A stretch of 53,926 nt of DNA, from the NCBI GenBank assembly GCA_016219595.1, contig JACRLY010000045.1, positions 21,211 to 75,136 of the forward strand. Reading direction: 5' to 3'. The position numbers and the translations under genes were made by a program. This stretch comes from Ignavibacteriota bacterium (GTDB taxonomy: Bacteria > Bacteroidota > Ignavibacteria > Kapaibacteriales > UBA2268). The notes under the pieces were generated by a model, which was not told where the DNA came from, ran no database searches, and saw only the letters and a program-made list of their open reading frames with translations. Below are positions 1-9,226 of the stretch, in pieces. How positions within the stretch are numbered: the stretch's first letter is position 1; each line of letters begins with the position of its first letter.

Positions 1-1973
1 TTTTGCTCAGCTTTCATCTTTTCATTCTCTGCCTTAATCTGCTCTTCGATACGGTGGTTTTCCTCGTAATCTATGCCAAGTGTTTCTGATACACCGTATT
101 CCTTTGGATAGAGATACTTACCTCGTTCCGCACCTTTTTTTTCCACCTCGACCTGTATCCGATAGGACTCGGCAAACGGATCGTGACGGATGCCAGTAAC
201 CTGCCAGGAGACTTTCACGTTCGGTTTATCAGTCTTGACTGTGAAGCGATTGTTTTGAATTTCTTCGCTTACGATTGCTTGAGCAAACTGTCCAATGACA
301 GTCAACTGGTATCGAAAGTCGGAGTTGAGTGCTTCAAAGTAATCCGGTAAAAAGACCGTTGCCTCGCCGTTGGCATCTGTGACAGCATTACCATCATAAA
401 CGTTTTTCATATCCGGCGATTCCACAAAGCTGTGATACAGATATTTATTTGCCGGATCCATCGGGTGGTCTATCATGAAGGAACCACCACCTTTGGAAAG
501 TGTTCCCGTCACTTGAACGTTTCCGCTGAACCTGCCAGCGTAATTGCCTCCACCGGTTTTATAGCCATATACCGCAGTGCCGGTAGTGCTGTTGCCCCTC
601 ACGCCGTAGCTGCTGAGTCCAATGCCAAACACGCCTGGGTTGCTGCCGTCGCCTTGGCCATATACACCTGTGCCGTTGATACTAATGCCAAACACACCGT
701 AGTCACTACCACTGGCGTTGCCGAGCACACCGTAGGTGCTGCCACCAAGGTATCCGTAATTGCCGCTGACGCTATTTTTGCCGTATACACCGTAATCACT
801 GCCGCTGGCACTGCCGTATACACCATAATTGCTGCCTCCAAGGTATCCAAAATTGTTGGCGCTATTGTTTTTGCCATAAACACCATAGCTGCTGCCACCA
901 ATGTATCCTACATTGCTGTTGTTGTATGATCCCCACACGCCGTAGTCGCTGCTGGCAAAGTGCCCGTTATTGTTACTGGTGGAATTTGTACACTGTAAAA
1001 TTATACCTGTGCTGCCGCTGAGTGATAGGGGGACATCAATGTTTAATGTCACATTGTCGCTTGTACCTCCACCTGACAATCCTGTTCCAGCGGTCACACC
1101 AGTTATATCCCCTGGCGCGAATGATAGGTCAGCGGCTTGAATCGTGCCATTCTGTATCTTATCAGAAGTGACAGCATTTGTGGCTATTGTTGGATTAGGA
1201 TAAATTCCTGTCAAATCGCCTCCTGCGGCACCACCGGGAGGAAGATTCACTCCTGGTGCAAGCTTCGCCTGAGTTACAGACTGGTTGGCAATTTTATCTG
1301 TGCTTACACCCCCGCTAGCAATAGAAAGGGACACATCACCCGATGTTCCACCTCCGGATAAGCCACCCTCTGCATTTACACCAGTGATGTCGCCCCCGCC
1401 GCCGCCTGGAGTGGCGGAAATCGTCAATGTATTACCATTTGAGGCAATGTTCACATTAGAACCTGCTTCAAGTATCACATCATCTTTCAATGTGTTGATG
1501 CTCTTCACCACCTGACCCGATGCAATACTCGGATTAGGGTATGTTCCTTCCAGGTCACCACCTGCACTAATGCCATTGATACTCTCTACGTTAGCAGAAC
1601 GAAAGCTATAACCGGAGCTTGTGAGTTGAATCCTCGGCACCATCTCAGTGCCGCTCCCGACTGTTATACCAAGCCAATAAGGTTTGTCAAAGGGAAGATT
1701 CATAGGAGTTGCACTTCCTAATATCACGTTAAAAATCCCGTTGCCGACAGCAACTGATGGCTGAACGTCAGTCCAGAGGGGGGTGCCGCCTGTTGCAACT
1801 TCGAATAGTTTGAATGTAATACTGTAGTTCCCATCAGGTACTACTACGCCGCTGGCATTTGTCAAAACACCCTGGTAGCTTATAGTCTTGGGAATCTGCG
1901 CTAAACTTAATGATGTAATAAAAAGCATCATCATTACGAAAGATAAAAATGTCCGAATCAATGATTTGTTCAT
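1..1973 (-). CDS. Secreted tail-fibre-like protein, paralog of 2749..4557 (3' end ~10 bp outside window)
   Basis: Not in the ORF track because the stop lies off the edge. ATG at 1973 with GGAGG SD. The parts translated by hand are open and in frame with the paralog: signal peptide, [13 protein letters not shown] domain, [15 protein letters not shown] repeats, C-terminal [25 protein letters not shown] domain. Bases 1..119 are identical to 2759..2877. Confidence 0.85.
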   Translation of the reverse strand, partial: MNKSLIRTFLSFVMMMLFITSLSLAQIPKTISYQGVLTNASGVVVPDGNYSITFKLFEVATGGTPLWTDVQPSVAVGNGIFNVILGSATPMNLPFDKPYWLGITVGSGTEMVPRIQLTSSGYSFRSANVESINGISAGGDLEGTYPNPSIASGQVVKSINTLKDDVILEAGSNVNIASNGNTLTISATPGGGGGDITGVNAEGGLSGGGTSGDVSLSIASGGVSTDKIANQSVTQAKLAPGVNLPPGGAAGGDLTGIYPNPTIATNAVTSDKIQNGTIQAADLSFAPGDITGVTAGTGLSGGGTSDNVTLNIDVPLSLSGSTGIILQCTNSTSNNNGHFASSDYGVWGSYNNSNVGYIGGSSYGVYGKNNSANNFGYLGGSNYGVYGSASGSDYGVYGKNSVSGNYGYLGGSTYGVLGNASGSDYGVFGISINGTGVYGQGDGSNPGVFGIGLSSYGVRGNSTTGTAVYGYKTGGGNYAGRFSGNVQVTGTLSKGGGSFMIDHPMDPANKYLYHSFVESPDMKNVYDGNAVTDANGEATVFLPDYFEALNSDFRYQLTVIGQFAQAIVSEEIQNNRFTVKTDKPNVKVSWQVTGIRHDPFAESYRIQVEVEKKGAERGKYLYPKEYGVSETLGIDYEENHRIEEQIKAENEKMKAEQ

Positions 1974-2165
1974 AAGATATGACCTCCATTTTGTTAAAAT
2001 GTTAACTAATTCAACAAGAAATAATAGACAAATTAAATTTCAATTAAAAACAAAAATTAAAATTCCAACCTTTTGAATTAATTCCATTTTATGTCTCCCT
2101 AAATGTAAATTAATTTACATTTATTCAAGGAGGTCATAAATTCTTTGTGCCATTAAGAAATTTTT
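1974..2165 (-). repeat. Duplicated leader of fibre gene, copy 1 (10-bp inverted repeat 1978..1987 / 2129..2138)
   Basis: Highly similar to 4558..4750; TATGACCTCC ... GGAGGTCATA; internal perfect palindrome TAAATGTAAATTAATTTACATTTA at 2100..2123. Confidence 0.85.
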
Positions 2166-2204
2166 TTAATACAGCATATAATGACAATTTAAATAATTAT
2201 TTTG

Positions 2205-2735
2205 TCATTTCATAACTATCATCTTCCTCGCTTTTGTATAATTCTCTGCCATAATGCAATAGGTATAAATGCCATTAGGTAATCCTGTCGCATCAAAATT
2301 CACAATGTAACTTCCTGCTGCCTTCTCCTCATCAACTAATGTCCTGACTTCACGCATCAACATATCATAAACTATAATTTTAATATGTGAAGTATGTGTA
2401 ATATCGTACAAAATAGTTGTTGACTGATTAAAAGGATTGGGATAGTTCTGCTCAATCCTGTAATCAGCTAATTCGTGAGGATTCTCCTCAATACCGGTAA
2501 ATAATCTCAGCACCTCCCACCAGAATCCTGCTGAATGGCTATAAGATGTATTGCCCGTATTGCCGATGAAGGGTTGTCCGAGAGTACCGACAATCTTATT
2601 GTCAGTAGAACTGATTGAACTTCCTCCGCTTCCGAGTACACTTTGGGGAATGGCATACTGAGCATTTCCACTCTCGATGAAGAGTAGGAGCAGTGAAATG
2701 ATCAACACTAACGAAAAAGTTGTTTTCTGTCTCAT
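2205..2735 (-). CDS. Small T9SS type A sorting-domain protein (short N-terminal beta module + CTD)
   Basis: Signal peptide, ~50-aa SVLGSGG...GTLGQP...AGFW module, CTD QNYPNPFN...GIYTY...KMIVMK; starts 14 bp after the fibre gene stop with GGAGG SD. Confidence 0.85.
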   Translation of the reverse strand: MRQKTTFSLVLIISLLLLFIESGNAQYAIPQSVLGSGGSSISSTDNKIVGTLGQPFIGNTGNTSYSHSAGFWWEVLRLFTGIEENPHELADYRIEQNYPNPFNQSTTILYDITHTSHIKIIVYDMLMREVRTLVDEEKAAGSYIVNFDATGLPNGIYTYCIMAENYTKARKMIVMK

Positions 2736-2748
2736 TTGTTTACCCTCC

Positions 2749-4557
2749 TCACTTTACCTTTTGCTCAGCTTTCATCTTTTCATTCTCTGCCTTAATCTGC
2801 TCTTCGATACGGTGGTTTTCCTCGTAATCTATGCCAAGTGTTTCTGATACACCGTATTCCTTTGGATAGAGATACTTTCCTCGTTCTTCAGCGGTTTTCT
2901 CCACCTCGACCTGAATCCGATAGGACTCAGCAAACGGATCGTGACGAATACCTGTAACCTGCCAGGAGACTTTCACGTTCGGTTTATCAGTCTTGATTGT
3001 GAAGCGATTGTTTTGAATTTCTTCGCTTACGATTGCTTGGGCAAACTGTCCGATAACCGTCAACTGGTATCGGAACTCGCGATTGAGTGCCTCAAAGTAG
3101 CCGGGAAGGATGACTGTGGCTTCGCCGTTGGCATCTGTGATAACGTTGCTGTTGTAGATGTTCATCATATCCGGTGATTCCACGAAGCTATGATACAGAT
3201 ATTTATTTGCAGGATCCAGTGGATGATCAATCTTAAATGAGCCACCGCCTTTTGATAGGGTGCCGGTCACTTGGACGTTCCCGTTGAACCTGCCAGCGTA
3301 ATTCCCAGTTCCAATCCCACGGCCATACACCGCAGTGCCGTTATCGCTGTAGCCGTAAACACCGTAGGTGTTGTCGCCAAGGTATCCGTAATTGTTGGAG
3401 TTAATGTTACCTCCGAACACGCAGTAGTTGCTTCCGCCAAGGTATCCGATATTGCCGTTGTTGTTTTTGCCATACACGCCGTAGTAGCTTTCGCCAATGA
3501 ATCCGTAATTGCCGCTGCTGTTATCTTTGCCATACACACCATAGCTGCTTCCGCCAAGGTATCCGTAATTACCGCTTGTGTTATTTTTGCCGTATACACC
3601 ATGACCGCTGCCCAATAATCCGTTGTTTTTTTCTCCATACACACCAACAATTAGAGTAGTATTGCCTCCTGCTTCAAGCTTTGCAACATTTATATTTGTT
3701 GTGCTATTGATATCGGTACCAAGGATTGTGGCATCAGCAATCTTGGCTGTAGTAATTGCATTATCATTAATAGTAGGATTAGGGTATGTCCCTATCAAAT
3801 CGCCTCCTGCGGCACCAACGGGAGGAAGATTCACTCCTGGTGCAAACTTTGCTTGAGTTACTGACTGGTCTGCTATCTTTGCTGTTGTAACTCCTCCGTC
3901 TGAAATAGAAAGGGACACATCTCCCGATGTTCCGCCTCCGGTTAAGCCACCCTCTGCATTTACACCCGTTATGTCGCCTCCGCCTCCTCCGGGAGTGGCG
4001 GAAATGGTAAGGGTGTTCCCCGTTGGAGTGATTGAAACGTTTGAGCCAGCCACCAGTGTTACTGCATCGTGCAGGTCATTGATACTCTTGACCACTTGAC
4101 CCGAAGCAATAGTTGGGTTCGGATATGTTCCTGTCAAATCTCCTCCTGCACTAATTCCGTTGATACTTTCTGTGTTAGCAGAACGAAAGCTGTAACCGGA
4201 GCTTGTGAGCTGAATCCTCGGCGCCATCTCAGAGCCACTCCCGACTGTTATACCAAGCCAATATGGTTTGTCAAAGGGAAGATTCAAAGGAGTTGCACTT
4301 CCTAATATCACGTTAAAAATCCCATTGCTGACTGCAACTGATGGCTGAACATCATTCCAAAGGAGTGTACCGCCTGTAGCAACTTCGAATAGTTTGAATG
4401 TAAGACTGTAGTTCCCATCAGGTACAACTACGCCACTGGCATTTGTCAAAACACCCTGGTAGCTTATAGTTTTGGGAATCTGTGCCATACTTAATGATGT
4501 AATAATAAGCATCATCATTGCGAAGGATAAGAGTGTCCGAATCAATGATTTGTTCAT
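2749..4557 (-). CDS. Secreted tail-fibre-like protein with Gly/Tyr-rich repeats
   Basis: Signal peptide, ISYQGVLT N-terminal domain, [14 protein letters not shown] and GDITGV motifs, ~5 [17 protein letters not shown] repeats, C-terminal [23 protein letters not shown] domain and coiled-coil tail; no T9SS CTD. Confidence 0.85.
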   Translation of the reverse strand: MNKSLIRTLLSFAMMMLIITSLSMAQIPKTISYQGVLTNASGVVVPDGNYSLTFKLFEVATGGTLLWNDVQPSVAVSNGIFNVILGSATPLNLPFDKPYWLGITVGSGSEMAPRIQLTSSGYSFRSANTESINGISAGGDLTGTYPNPTIASGQVVKSINDLHDAVTLVAGSNVSITPTGNTLTISATPGGGGGDITGVNAEGGLTGGGTSGDVSLSISDGGVTTAKIADQSVTQAKFAPGVNLPPVGAAGGDLIGTYPNPTINDNAITTAKIADATILGTDINSTTNINVAKLEAGGNTTLIVGVYGEKNNGLLGSGHGVYGKNNTSGNYGYLGGSSYGVYGKDNSSGNYGFIGESYYGVYGKNNNGNIGYLGGSNYCVFGGNINSNNYGYLGDNTYGVYGYSDNGTAVYGRGIGTGNYAGRFNGNVQVTGTLSKGGGSFKIDHPLDPANKYLYHSFVESPDMMNIYNSNVITDANGEATVILPGYFEALNREFRYQLTVIGQFAQAIVSEEIQNNRFTIKTDKPNVKVSWQVTGIRHDPFAESYRIQVEVEKTAEERGKYLYPKEYGVSETLGIDYEENHRIEEQIKAENEKMKAEQKVK

Positions 4558-4750
4558 GAGCTATGACCTCCATTTTGTTAAAATGTTAAATAATTCAATA
4601 AGAAATAAAAGACACACAATTTTACTTGAAAAACAAAAATTAAAATTCCAACCTTTTGAATTAATATCATTTTATGTCTCCTTCAATGTAAATCATTTTA
4701 CTTTTATATCAGGAGGTCATAAATACTATACTGATTTTAGAGATTTTTCA
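4558..4750 (-). repeat. Duplicated leader of fibre gene, copy 2 (10-bp inverted repeat 4562..4571 / 4712..4721)
   Basis: Same inverted repeat and near-identical span (160 vs 161 bp) as copy 1. Confidence 0.85.
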
Positions 4751-4958
4751 AATATAATATAAATCATCAATCTAAATGAATATTTTATTAAAATAATTCA
4801 ACATGAAAGACATGATCTATATTCTGTAAGTAATATAACATTATTTTTTTTCCTTTAATTCAGTAGTACTTGTTTAAAAACAAGAAAAATAAATATCACT
4901 TTGATATCAATCAAGTAATACTATAATTTTTAAAAATATTAATTGTAATCAATTTCGG

Positions 4959-5090
4959 TTAATATTTTTTCAATGTTCCTTGCCTGGCTTTTGCTTTTTT
5001 GTCTCATTCAATAAGAACTGAATTAATAAATTCTTCTTTATCTTTTCTCAGAGCTTGCATATCAAGACCAATATATTTCTGGGCTTTATC
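4959..5090 (-). pseudogene. nrfA: Out-of-frame C-terminal tail of nrfA
   Basis: Alternative frame reads DKAQKYIGLDMQALRKDKEEFINSVLIE*DKKAKARQGTLKKY*, resembling the Bacteroidota NrfA C-terminus; TGA at 5004..5006 where Trp is expected. Confidence 0.7.
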
Positions 5091-6768
5091 CCGGTTGTGA
5101 TATATTAAGCTTATAAAATATTAATTGGAGCATACCTCTTGCTTTCTCTGCTCTCTGGATAGATGTGCCAAGCACCCTTAGTGCTTCTACAGGGGAATGA
5201 AATCCGACGCTGTTTGCGGCAGCTACCCAATCCCAACGCCATTGAGCACTGCGTATTAAATCGAGTACCGGCTTTATCATTTCCTCACCGGCACCATTCT
5301 TCCATGCTATTTCAGCTTCCAGGTGTGCTTTTGTCAGTGATTCCTGTGCGATTTTCTTGATTTCTGTCACTTTATCTTGTCTTTCGTAAACATCTTTTAG
5401 CAATTGTTCTTCACTTTCACGATGGCATACCTGGCAGGAATTAGAAATATTATTCAGAGGGCTTTGTATGTGATGGTCAGTGAATTTTATACCTCCTTCC
5501 ACTTTGTATGGCATATGGCAGTCGGGACAGGATACACCTCTTTTTGCATGCACCCCTGTCATATATAATTCATAATCCGGGTGCTGAGCTTTCAGCATAG
5601 GTGTCTTACTAAGCTTATGAACCCAATCGTAATAATGATTTTCATCATAGTAGCTTTCCATGGAATCTGCGGCGAATCCCTTGTCCCATGGGAATGTAAG
5701 ATAGGAATTCGGCTTTTTGAAATAATATTCTACATGGCACTGGGCACAAACGAGAGAACGCATTTCATTGTGTGTTATACCTTCTATTTTTTTCCCATGC
5801 CTCGACAGTGCTTCGAGTAGTGCAGGCCTCGTGATTCTCAGGTTCATCGTTTTAGGGTCATGGCAGTCCTGGCAACCGATAGGATTAACTATTTCAGAAC
5901 CCATATCGAACCACTTGCCTTTATAAAAATTCTCTGCTCCGAGCTTAGCAATTATTCGTGGCACATCAGTACTTTTGCATGACCAGCAGGTTGCAGGCTG
6001 CGGGCTTTCCTTTACTCCACCGGTTCGTAAAGTCATTCTCACATCTTTAACCGCGTGGGCATGCCCTCTCCCCTGGTTATATTCTTTTGCAAAGGAATAA
6101 CCTGCCCAAATAATAACTAAATCAGGTTCGTTATCGACGTATTTAATCATGGCAGAACCGCCATACTTGCTCATAAAATTTGTGTCTAAGGTTTTCATAT
6201 ATGATTCGTATTCACGAGGGTAGTTCTCTCCCCATACTTCGTTTCGCGGCTCCCACTCATTAATATCTTTAACAGCCTGAAGTTTGGCTACAGATTCACC
6301 TCTTCGTTCGACTATTGATGCGGAAAAAAAATTCTTCAAATTTACATTTGATGCAGAAACAAGGTTTAACTGCTCCGAATGACAACGAAGGCAATTCTGC
6401 TGAACAGCTTCTTTGCCTGCCTCTTTGATGAAAATCACCTGCGGCTCTGTCCTTAATGTAAAAATAGTTGCATGCCTCAACCCATCCATTGCTTTGAAAT
6501 AATATTTCCGGAAAAAATTATCATGCGGCACATGGCAATCATTGCATGTTGCCACCCTTCGGTGGCTGCTATGCTCCCATGTTACATAGTGAGTACTCAT
6601 TACATGGCAATTGATGCATGCTTCAGGTTCATCCGATAAATAAGAAATTGCATTTGATACATAAATAATTTGTAATAATAATCCGCAGGCTATACCGAGA
6701 ATAATAATGACAGGAACCCTCCAACCGGGTGGAGGAGAGAACCTGTCAACAATTCTTTCTGTTTGCAT
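5086..6768 (-). CDS. nrfA: In-frame NrfH'-'NrfA fusion (cytochrome c nitrite reductase small + catalytic subunit), C-terminally truncated
   Basis: NrfH part: TM helix, SYLSDEPEACINCH, CNDCH, CLRCH. NrfA part: catalytic CWSCK, CQDCH, CAQCHVEYYF, KAQHPDYE, CPDCH, CQVCH. Confidence 0.85.
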   Translation of the reverse strand: MQTERIVDRFSPPPGWRVPVIIILGIACGLLLQIIYVSNAISYLSDEPEACINCHVMSTHYVTWEHSSHRRVATCNDCHVPHDNFFRKYYFKAMDGLRHATIFTLRTEPQVIFIKEAGKEAVQQNCLRCHSEQLNLVSASNVNLKNFFSASIVERRGESVAKLQAVKDINEWEPRNEVWGENYPREYESYMKTLDTNFMSKYGGSAMIKYVDNEPDLVIIWAGYSFAKEYNQGRGHAHAVKDVRMTLRTGGVKESPQPATCWSCKSTDVPRIIAKLGAENFYKGKWFDMGSEIVNPIGCQDCHDPKTMNLRITRPALLEALSRHGKKIEGITHNEMRSLVCAQCHVEYYFKKPNSYLTFPWDKGFAADSMESYYDENHYYDWVHKLSKTPMLKAQHPDYELYMTGVHAKRGVSCPDCHMPYKVEGGIKFTDHHIQSPLNNISNSCQVCHRESEEQLLKDVYERQDKVTEIKKIAQESLTKAHLEAEIAWKNGAGEEMIKPVLDLIRSAQWRWDWVAAANSVGFHSPVEALRVLGTSIQRAEKARGMLQLIFYKLNISQPG

Positions 6769-7259
6769 TAATTATAACTCCTGCTCGAATAAGTATGGGC
6801 AAAAACCGATGCACTTTCATTAATAGAATGGATGCTTTTGATTTTATCAATCGATTTCTCCCTTATCTCGAGCAAGGTGTCTTCACTTAACATTCTGTAA
6901 GTCAGATCGCGGAGCTTTCCCCATTTCTCATGAACAGGACAAGGCTTTTCAACAGTACACCCCTTAAATCCAAGGACGCATTTGTGAAAGATATCTAGTC
7001 CATCCATTGCTATCACAATATCAATTAAACGAATCTCGCTTAATGGCCTTCCGAGAGTGAATCCTCCTGATTTCCCCTTTTTTGAAACTACAATACTATG
7101 CACCGCAAGCGATTGAAGAATTTTAGACAGAAACTCCTTAGGAATTTTCAATCTTTTGGAGATGTCTGTTGCCGTAAAATATGTCTCCTCATCAAACACT
7201 GACAAATACAAGACAGCCTGCAATGCTAACTCACACTTCTTCGAAAAAATCACTGTCAT
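6768..7259 (-). CDS. Rrf2 family transcriptional regulator (3-Cys, probable Fe-S sensor)
   Basis: FLSKILQSL...SKKGKSGGF winged HTH; CVLGFKGCTVEKPCPVH; stop overlaps the nrf start (TAATG). Confidence 0.92.
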   Translation of the reverse strand: MTVIFSKKCELALQAVLYLSVFDEETYFTATDISKRLKIPKEFLSKILQSLAVHSIVVSKKGKSGGFTLGRPLSEIRLIDIVIAMDGLDIFHKCVLGFKGCTVEKPCPVHEKWGKLRDLTYRMLSEDTLLEIREKSIDKIKSIHSINESASVFAHTYSSRSYN

Positions 7260-7340
7260 TGTGTTACCATCTTAGAATTATTACCAAAAAGAACTAATCT
7301 ATTTCCAAATTACTTATTGATACGATATTATACAAGGCAA

Positions 7341-7424
7341 TTCGGGATTTTTTTGTCCAAATCTAAAATTTATTTGAAAATGACAAAGTTTTATTATATT
7401 TTAATATAGGATTTATATATCTGT
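7341..7424. promoter_or_regulatory. Two candidate Rrf2 operator boxes GGAT-N6-RTCY
   Basis: GGATttttttGTCC (7345..7358) and GGATttatatATCT (7409..7422) in the divergent intergenic region. Confidence 0.35.
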
Positions 7425-7435
7425 TAATAAAACTG

Positions 7436-7867
7436 ATGAAAAAAATTAAAAATGAAAATGTCATTGATAACCAGTCATTGTCATTTAAACAATGGCCCAT
7501 ACAATTGCATATGGTAGTGCCGAATGCCGAATACCTTAAAAATAAAGAACTTATAATAATGTCAACTTGTTCTCCTTTTTTCATTAAAGATTTGCATAAG
7601 GTCTATTTAGACGGCAAATCAGTTGTGATTGCCTGCCCCAAGCTTGATTATACAGAGCCTTATGTTGATAAACTGGTTGACATATTAAAGTCGGCTGAAA
7701 TATCAAAAGCAATAACTGTAGTCATGGATGAACATTGCTGTAACGGATTATCGGATATGTCAAAAACAGCCGCAATAAGGTCGGAAAGAAGAAAATTTTT
7801 ACTTGAAGAGCATAAAATAGGAATTAATGGTGCAATTTTAGAAAAATCTATTATATTTGAAAATTGA
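7436..7867 (+). CDS. Cys-rich Fe-S-associated domain protein (stand-alone C-terminal domain of 4Fe-4S ferredoxin-like proteins)
   Basis: QWPIQLH, TCSPF, IACPKLD, MDEHCCNGL motifs. Confidence 0.7.
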   Translation: MKKIKNENVIDNQSLSFKQWPIQLHMVVPNAEYLKNKELIIMSTCSPFFIKDLHKVYLDGKSVVIACPKLDYTEPYVDKLVDILKSAEISKAITVVMDEHCCNGLSDMSKTAAIRSERRKFLLEEHKIGINGAILEKSIIFEN

Positions 7868-8005
7868 AATTGATATAATACGTTAATAATAGTTAGGTTG
7901 GTAAAGTAGCTGTTTTTTTTGCACGATTTCATATATGCACACTCCCTTTGAATGAGATTTTGCAGCAGTTCTTTGCCAACCTTTATTTTATTTTTGGAGA
8001 TTATA

Positions 8006-8353
8006 ATGAACACAGATAAAGAAAATAATCTTTTTGGCAATCCTTCAGGACTAAATGAATTGATAGCTTATCAGCAGGGTTCTGTCGTAAGCAGGACATT
8101 AATCAATAAAAAAGCCGGTACTATTACTTTGTTTTCATTCGATGAGGGGCAAAGTCTCAGCGAACATACAGCCCCATTCGATGCATTTGTTCATGTATTC
8201 GACGGTGAGGCTGAAATCACAATCGGAGGTGTACCTCATCAACTAAATAGCGGTGATGCAATCATAATGCCTGGGGGAATCCCACACGCAGTCAAAGCTA
8301 TGAAGCAATTCAAAATGACTTTGGTGATGATAAAGCAGATTGAAGAAAAATAA
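8006..8353 (+). CDS. Cupin domain protein
   Basis: TLFSFDEGQSLSEHTAPFDA...GEAEITI...MPGGIPHAVKA; GGAG SD before ATG 8006. Confidence 0.9.
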   Translation: MNTDKENNLFGNPSGLNELIAYQQGSVVSRTLINKKAGTITLFSFDEGQSLSEHTAPFDAFVHVFDGEAEITIGGVPHQLNSGDAIIMPGGIPHAVKAMKQFKMTLVMIKQIEEK

Positions 8354-8364
8354 TCTTTCGATTT

Positions 8365-8907
8365 ATGAATAATTTAATTCCGATTACAAAAGTTGAGGAT
8401 ATTCCTTTTATTTATTTGGATTCTCCAATCGGATTGCTCTTGCAATATCATAATCTCGGAAAGAATTATGATACATTCACAAAAGCACAACTCCTGATTG
8501 GCATGTGCATGGACAACCGAAAGCACCTTCACATTCCCGACAATTTTGCTTTTATTATTCGAACAGGCGGAGCTAATCTGCGATACAGCGAATTCAAGGT
8601 TTCCTATGCTATATCGGTAGGTCAGGTCAGCCATATTGCTTTAATCGGTCACAACAATTGCGGAATGGTAAATCTTGTGTCGAGAAAAAATGAATTTATT
8701 AACGGACTTGTCGAAAATGCAGGTTGGACAAAAGAAATTTCCGAAGAGCATTTCAATCAATTCGCTCCCATGTTCGAAATCGGAAATGAAATAAATTTTG
8801 TATTAAGCGAAGTCAAAAGATTACGGCTCAGATACCCAAAAATTCAGATTGCACCTATGATGTATTTGGTAGAGGATAATAAGCTGTATTTAATTGATGA
8901 AAATTAA
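8365..8907 (+). CDS. Beta-class carbonic anhydrase
   Basis: Zn ligands CMDNR and GHNNCGM; IRTGGA. Confidence 0.85.
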   Translation: MNNLIPITKVEDIPFIYLDSPIGLLLQYHNLGKNYDTFTKAQLLIGMCMDNRKHLHIPDNFAFIIRTGGANLRYSEFKVSYAISVGQVSHIALIGHNNCGMVNLVSRKNEFINGLVENAGWTKEISEEHFNQFAPMFEIGNEINFVLSEVKRLRLRYPKIQIAPMMYLVEDNKLYLIDEN

Positions 8908-9190
8908 TTATTTCTCCACTAATAAAAATAGAAAATAGATAACACTGATAAGACGGATAAACACGAATAAGAGAAAATCAGTAGCATAGTATAATCAGTA
9001 TTCGATTATATTTTGAGTGTTGTGTTATTAATTTTGATTTTGATTTGATAATTTGAACATTATAAATTCATTCAAAATTCATATTTATGAGATAAAATCT
9101 CTTCGAGTGCTTTGTGATTTATCTTTGTGAACTTTGTGTTAAAATTGGATTTTGTTTATCTAATAAAATTTTAATCATTAAAAATTTAAT

Positions 9191-9226
9191 ATTAAAAATT
9201 CATTTTAAATTTTAAATTTTAAATTT
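9191..9226. repeat. Dispersed AT-rich element AAAATTCATTTTAAATTT(T/C)AAATT with heptamer tail, copy 1
   Basis: Near-identical copies at 25201..25242 and 34626..34665. Confidence 0.6.

Noticed and set aside
432-1515. Alternative-frame ORFs in the track (432..929, 599..901, 1137..1361, 1285..1515; likewise 2941..4305)
   Set aside because: Shadows of the repetitive fibre genes on the minus strand
1-4557. Diversity-generating retroelement (TR/VR pair)
   Set aside because: Differences between paralogs that I inspected are mostly synonymous and not adenine-specific; both copies are full genes; no reverse transcriptase in the window
5004-5006. TGA recoding (Sec or Trp) in the nrfA tail
   Set aside because: TGA ends many normal genes here, and the codon lies downstream of a frameshift
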